Positions 60,790 through 64,000 of a stretch of 64,000 nucleotides of DNA are shown here, one piece after another. This DNA is from an uncultured Desulfosarcina sp. (lineage in GTDB: Bacteria > Desulfobacterota > Desulfobacteria > Desulfobacterales > Desulfosarcinaceae): positions 192,001 to 256,000 of the forward strand of contig CAXXWQ010000003.1 in assembly GCA_963674945.2 (NCBI GenBank), given 5' to 3'. The stretch's first letter is position 1. Each line of letters starts with the position of its first letter. The notes under the pieces were generated by a model. It made no database searches and was not told where the DNA came from. It was given only the letters and a program-made list of their open reading frames with translations. A program made the translations under genes and the position numbers.

Positions 60790-61330
60790 TGAAAACCGTG
60801 ATCTTGGTCGGTGTTAAAGATTTAGGAACTCCAAAAAGGCTCAGCACCTCTTCAAGGGCATTGACACAAAGAACAGGTTCCAATAATATATTGGAAGGTT
60901 TTGCGGCTGTGCCAAAACAGGATCGCCACAAGATTCATGATTCCGCGTTCCATGGTAATGTATGTGATATCGTCGGTTGAGGGTCAACCTCGGTAGCAAA
61001 CAGGGATGCGCTTTTTGCTGTGGGCGAGGCCCGGCGGTCTGTGATTTTGGGACAAATTGCTTCCCAATTGCCATCGCATAGTAGACGCTGTACTTTCTTT
61101 TCGATAAACGGTAATGTCTTGACGCTTTCGTTGGCGATGGATCGTTCGACTACCGGAAGATGAGTTTTCAGGCGCAATTCATCAATCTTTCGATGCGTTC
61201 CCAGATCTTCTTTTGTAGACTGTAAGCAATAATCGTACGACGAACGCTTAACAGCCAATATTTTGCATTGCAGGGAAATGGTCCGCTTCAGTTCCTTGGC
61301 TTGAATCATTACTTCGCGTCGTTCTGGGGA
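60790..61330 (-). pseudogene. Decayed IS3 family transposase (OrfB) remnant
   Basis: ISLQCKILAVKRSSY, IDEL and KKVQRL; in shifted frames DITYITMERGIMNLVAILFWHSRK, CVNALEEVL and FNTDQ. Confidence 0.8.
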
Positions 61331-61683
61331 TAGCTGCCGTGAACCGCAACGGAAATCGTGGCGTAATGTATCAACGATCAGGATGAAAATGCCGTTTTTG
61401 AGTTTACACCTGCCGGGATTTTTTTATTTATTGTATTCAGAAGACATCAAGCAGTATGGCTTCAGCGTCAGTTCATTGATCGAAAATGATATCGATTGGC
61501 ACCAGGTATTTCGACAAACTAGGATTAGGATTGAACCTTCAATTTTCCGATACTCTCAAAGGCCGGCTCCCCTTTTTGATTTAAGAGGAGAGTGTATAGC
61601 CATCATATAGCGGGTCGCGACACTGTTTCTTTTGAGCTGTCGTATTCATTGTAATTAAAACATGAAAGAGGGAGGAGAGTTAG

Positions 61684-63060
61684 ATGAACACTACTATGGG
61701 TAGAACTCTATTGTCCATGATGTTGGTAATCCTACTGGTGTGTACGGCAATACCGGCTCTTTCGAAAGTGACGTCTGAAGAGGCAGCGAAACTAAAAGCA
61801 GAATTAAACCCCATGGGAGGCGAACGGGCAGGAAACAGAGAAGGGACCATCCCTGAATGGACCGGCGGGCTTTCCAAGATTCCCGAAGACATAGATTATG
61901 AAGCCAAATCCGGTTTGCCCCACCCGGACCCCTTTGCCGATGACAAAATCCTGTTTACCATTACAGCCCAAAATGTCGACCAGTATAAAGACAAACTATC
62001 TGCTGGTATAGTGAAAATGTTCGCACTATACCCGGAAACTTTCAAGATCCATGTCTATCCAACCAGAAGATCTGCCGCATTCGGTGAAAAATATTATGAG
62101 GGAATGTATAGCAATGCCCTGACGGCGGAAGTGATCGATGAATATGGCAGCGTAACCAATTTCATCAAAGGGTTTCCTTTCCCAATTCCCAAAAGCGGCA
62201 TAGAGGCCATGTGTAATTTTATTTTGAGACCGCATGGTGCGAAAAATATAAAAGGCACTTATGGTGGAGGAATCGTGCAGGGAGACGGAAAATGGTCGAA
62301 AACATTCGCAACTGATTATTTTTTATACAAAATTGACGGCGATGAACCATTTGATCCAGAAGAATATGTCTTTGGAAAAATCGTTGAGATGGATATGCCC
62401 GGTCGTGTCGGCGAATTGTATCTGATGATGGACCCCGCAAACTATACGAAAAACGACGCGATCGGCTGGTCCTATATACCAGGAATGCGTCGGGTACGCC
62501 GGAACCCCAACATGTTTTACGATGGGCTCGATTCTTCCGCCGGCGGCATTGGGTGCAGTGACGAATCGTGGATGTGGAAAGGAAAACTCGACCGGTTTGA
62601 TTGGAAGCTGATCGGGAAAAAAGAGATGTACATCCCCTATAACACTTACAAGGTCGAATTGATTCCCGACACCTGGGATCCGATGCAGACGCCCCATTTT
62701 CCAAACCCGGAATACATACGCTGGGAGCTTCACCGGGTGTGGGAAGTAGAATGTACACTTAAAGAAGGCGCTCGCCATCTTTACGGCAAAAGATATTATT
62801 ATCTGGACGAGGATACTTGGCTGATTGCCGTTATCGACAAATACGACAAGCGAGGAAACCTGTGGCGAATGTCATGGGCACATGGAAAACAATATTATGA
62901 CTTTCCTGTATTCCGTCAGACCCAGTACTATCATTTTGATTTCCAGGTGGAGTTTTATGCACCATTTACTTATTTCAACGGCCTTCCACATGAAGAGTAT
63001 ATAGAAATACCAGACGATTTCTTCTCAGTTCAGAATTTACGAAAATTGGGCAAGAGGTAG
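61684..63060 (+). CDS. DUF1329 family exported protein, copy 2
   Basis: Full-length colinear paralogue of 57238-58611. Confidence 0.9.
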   Translation: MNTTMGRTLLSMMLVILLVCTAIPALSKVTSEEAAKLKAELNPMGGERAGNREGTIPEWTGGLSKIPEDIDYEAKSGLPHPDPFADDKILFTITAQNVDQYKDKLSAGIVKMFALYPETFKIHVYPTRRSAAFGEKYYEGMYSNALTAEVIDEYGSVTNFIKGFPFPIPKSGIEAMCNFILRPHGAKNIKGTYGGGIVQGDGKWSKTFATDYFLYKIDGDEPFDPEEYVFGKIVEMDMPGRVGELYLMMDPANYTKNDAIGWSYIPGMRRVRRNPNMFYDGLDSSAGGIGCSDESWMWKGKLDRFDWKLIGKKEMYIPYNTYKVELIPDTWDPMQTPHFPNPEYIRWELHRVWEVECTLKEGARHLYGKRYYYLDEDTWLIAVIDKYDKRGNLWRMSWAHGKQYYDFPVFRQTQYYHFDFQVEFYAPFTYFNGLPHEEYIEIPDDFFSVQNLRKLGKR

Positions 63061-63091
63061 CAGGACGTGAGAAAGCATGTGAGACACGTAT

Positions 63092-63131
63092 AAAAAGAGA
63101 AGGTCGGTAAAAATACCGACCTTCTCTTTTT
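63092..63131. terminator. Bidirectional Rho-independent terminator
   Basis: AAAAAGAGAAGGTCGGTA-aaaa-TACCGACCTTCTCTTTTT between convergent DUF1329 genes. Confidence 0.85.
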
Positions 63132-63152
63132 ACGAACCCAGAGGCTGTCACT

Positions 63153-63314
63153 ATGGAAAAATTCGTATTATATGTATATCCCCACTTTCATATGAAACGA
63201 TTTCAAAACGATTTGGCCCACATGTTATACAGAAAAAAATTGATATTGGTGAAACACTTGGGGATCTTCTAATCCAGATTAACGGACAACAACCAAATCG
63301 CATGGAAGAAAATC
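63153..63314 (+). pseudogene. Frameshifted, truncated duplicate of the moaD-like gene
   Basis: Colinear with 58832-58995; a C5 run is reduced to C4 at about 63180, and the 3' half with the GG motif is missing. Confidence 0.85.
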
Positions 63315-63330
63315 TCTTCAACGATAGCGA

Positions 63331-64000
63331 TTACCGCCGGCCCAGTCTTCGCAGATTTTGAACTGTGAAGTAGTCTTCCGGCACCTCTTCGTAACTTTCG
63401 GGAGGTAACCCGTTGACCCATCCATTTGCGACCCAAAAGTCAACCTGGAAATCAAAAAGAAAGTACTGGGCGATTCGGTATACAGGAACGTCGTAATGTT
63501 GTACGCCGGTTGAATATGAGGTTTTCCATAGATTTCCACGCGTATCGTACATGTCCTTGACGCCAATCAGCCATGTGTCTTCATCCTGGTAATAAACCCT
63601 TTTGCCATACATATGCCGAGCACCTTTTTTCAAAGTCGCGACGTTTTCCCATACCCGGTGAAGCTCCCAGCGCATGTATTCCGGATTGGGATGATGTGGT
63701 GTGTGCATAACATCCCAATCCGGAAGCAAGTTAATCTGGTTGTTGTTATACGGTATAAACATCTCTTTTTTCTCTTTTGTTAAAACCCAATCAAACCTGT
63801 CGAGTTTGCCCCTGAACATCCAGCCATCGTCCATGCAGCCAATGCCGCCGCCAGTACTATCGATTCCATCATAAAACATGTTGGGGTTCCGGCGCACCCT
63901 GCGCATTCCCGGTATATAAGAATAGCCGATAGAGTCCTTCGTCTCATAATTCGCCGGGTCTTTCATGAGATAAATTTCGCCCTCGTGACCAGTCATTGTC
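63331..64000 (-). CDS. DUF1329 family protein, copy 3, 5'-truncated by the window edge
   Basis: YIPGMRRVRRNPNMFYDG, WELHRVW, DEDTW and QNLRRLGRR. Confidence 0.9.
   Translation of the reverse strand, partial: TMTGHEGEIYLMKDPANYETKDSIGYSYIPGMRRVRRNPNMFYDGIDSTGGGIGCMDDGWMFRGKLDRFDWVLTKEKKEMFIPYNNNQINLLPDWDVMHTPHHPNPEYMRWELHRVWENVATLKKGARHMYGKRVYYQDEDTWLIGVKDMYDTRGNLWKTSYSTGVQHYDVPVYRIAQYFLFDFQVDFWVANGWVNGLPPESYEEVPEDYFTVQNLRRLGRR

Noticed and set aside
57238..64000. Diversity-generating retroelement behind DUF1329 variation
   Set aside because: Differences between copies are not adenine-specific, and no reverse transcriptase is in the window.

Overview
64 kb of a GC-rich bacterial chromosome. 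Gene content and intergenic repeats suggest a sulfate-reducing Desulfobacterota (Desulfosarcina-like); this is an inference. Left third (1-24.4 kb) is mostly housekeeping: partial mnmA (absent from the ORF track because it runs off the left edge), NIL-ferredoxin, an acyltransferase-esterase fusion, M48 peptidase, stand-alone fusA, a PAS hybrid kinase, rocD-argF-arcC-pyrB, smc, ftsY, xth and nth. The middle (24.6-32.1 kb) is an atypical SOS mutagenesis cassette, lexA-DUF72-imuB-ROK kinase-dnaE2. It has no imuA, its long intergenic gaps hold palindromic or heptamer repeats, and a ~74 bp inverted-repeat pair brackets imuB-ROK. The right half (32.2-64 kb) is dense in predicted aldehyde-oxidising enzymes: a Tat-exported IorAB-type Mo enzyme, an intact IS1380 (terminal inverted repeats plus 5 bp target duplication), and a Mop aldehyde oxidoreductase followed by nine tightly packed, largely uncharacterised accessory genes. 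It ends in a more AT-rich island with ALDH, MarR, tandem Lrp, a tungsten-AOR-family enzyme, SDR, MoaD, a radical SAM maturase, three DUF1329 paralogues and decayed duplicates. I found no rRNA, tRNA or CRISPR array. The best candidates for an undescribed system are the Mop accessory operon, the ImuA-less DUF72/ROK mutasome, and a dispersed heptamer-ended repeat element family. All family assignments come from motif recognition by eye; no searches were run.
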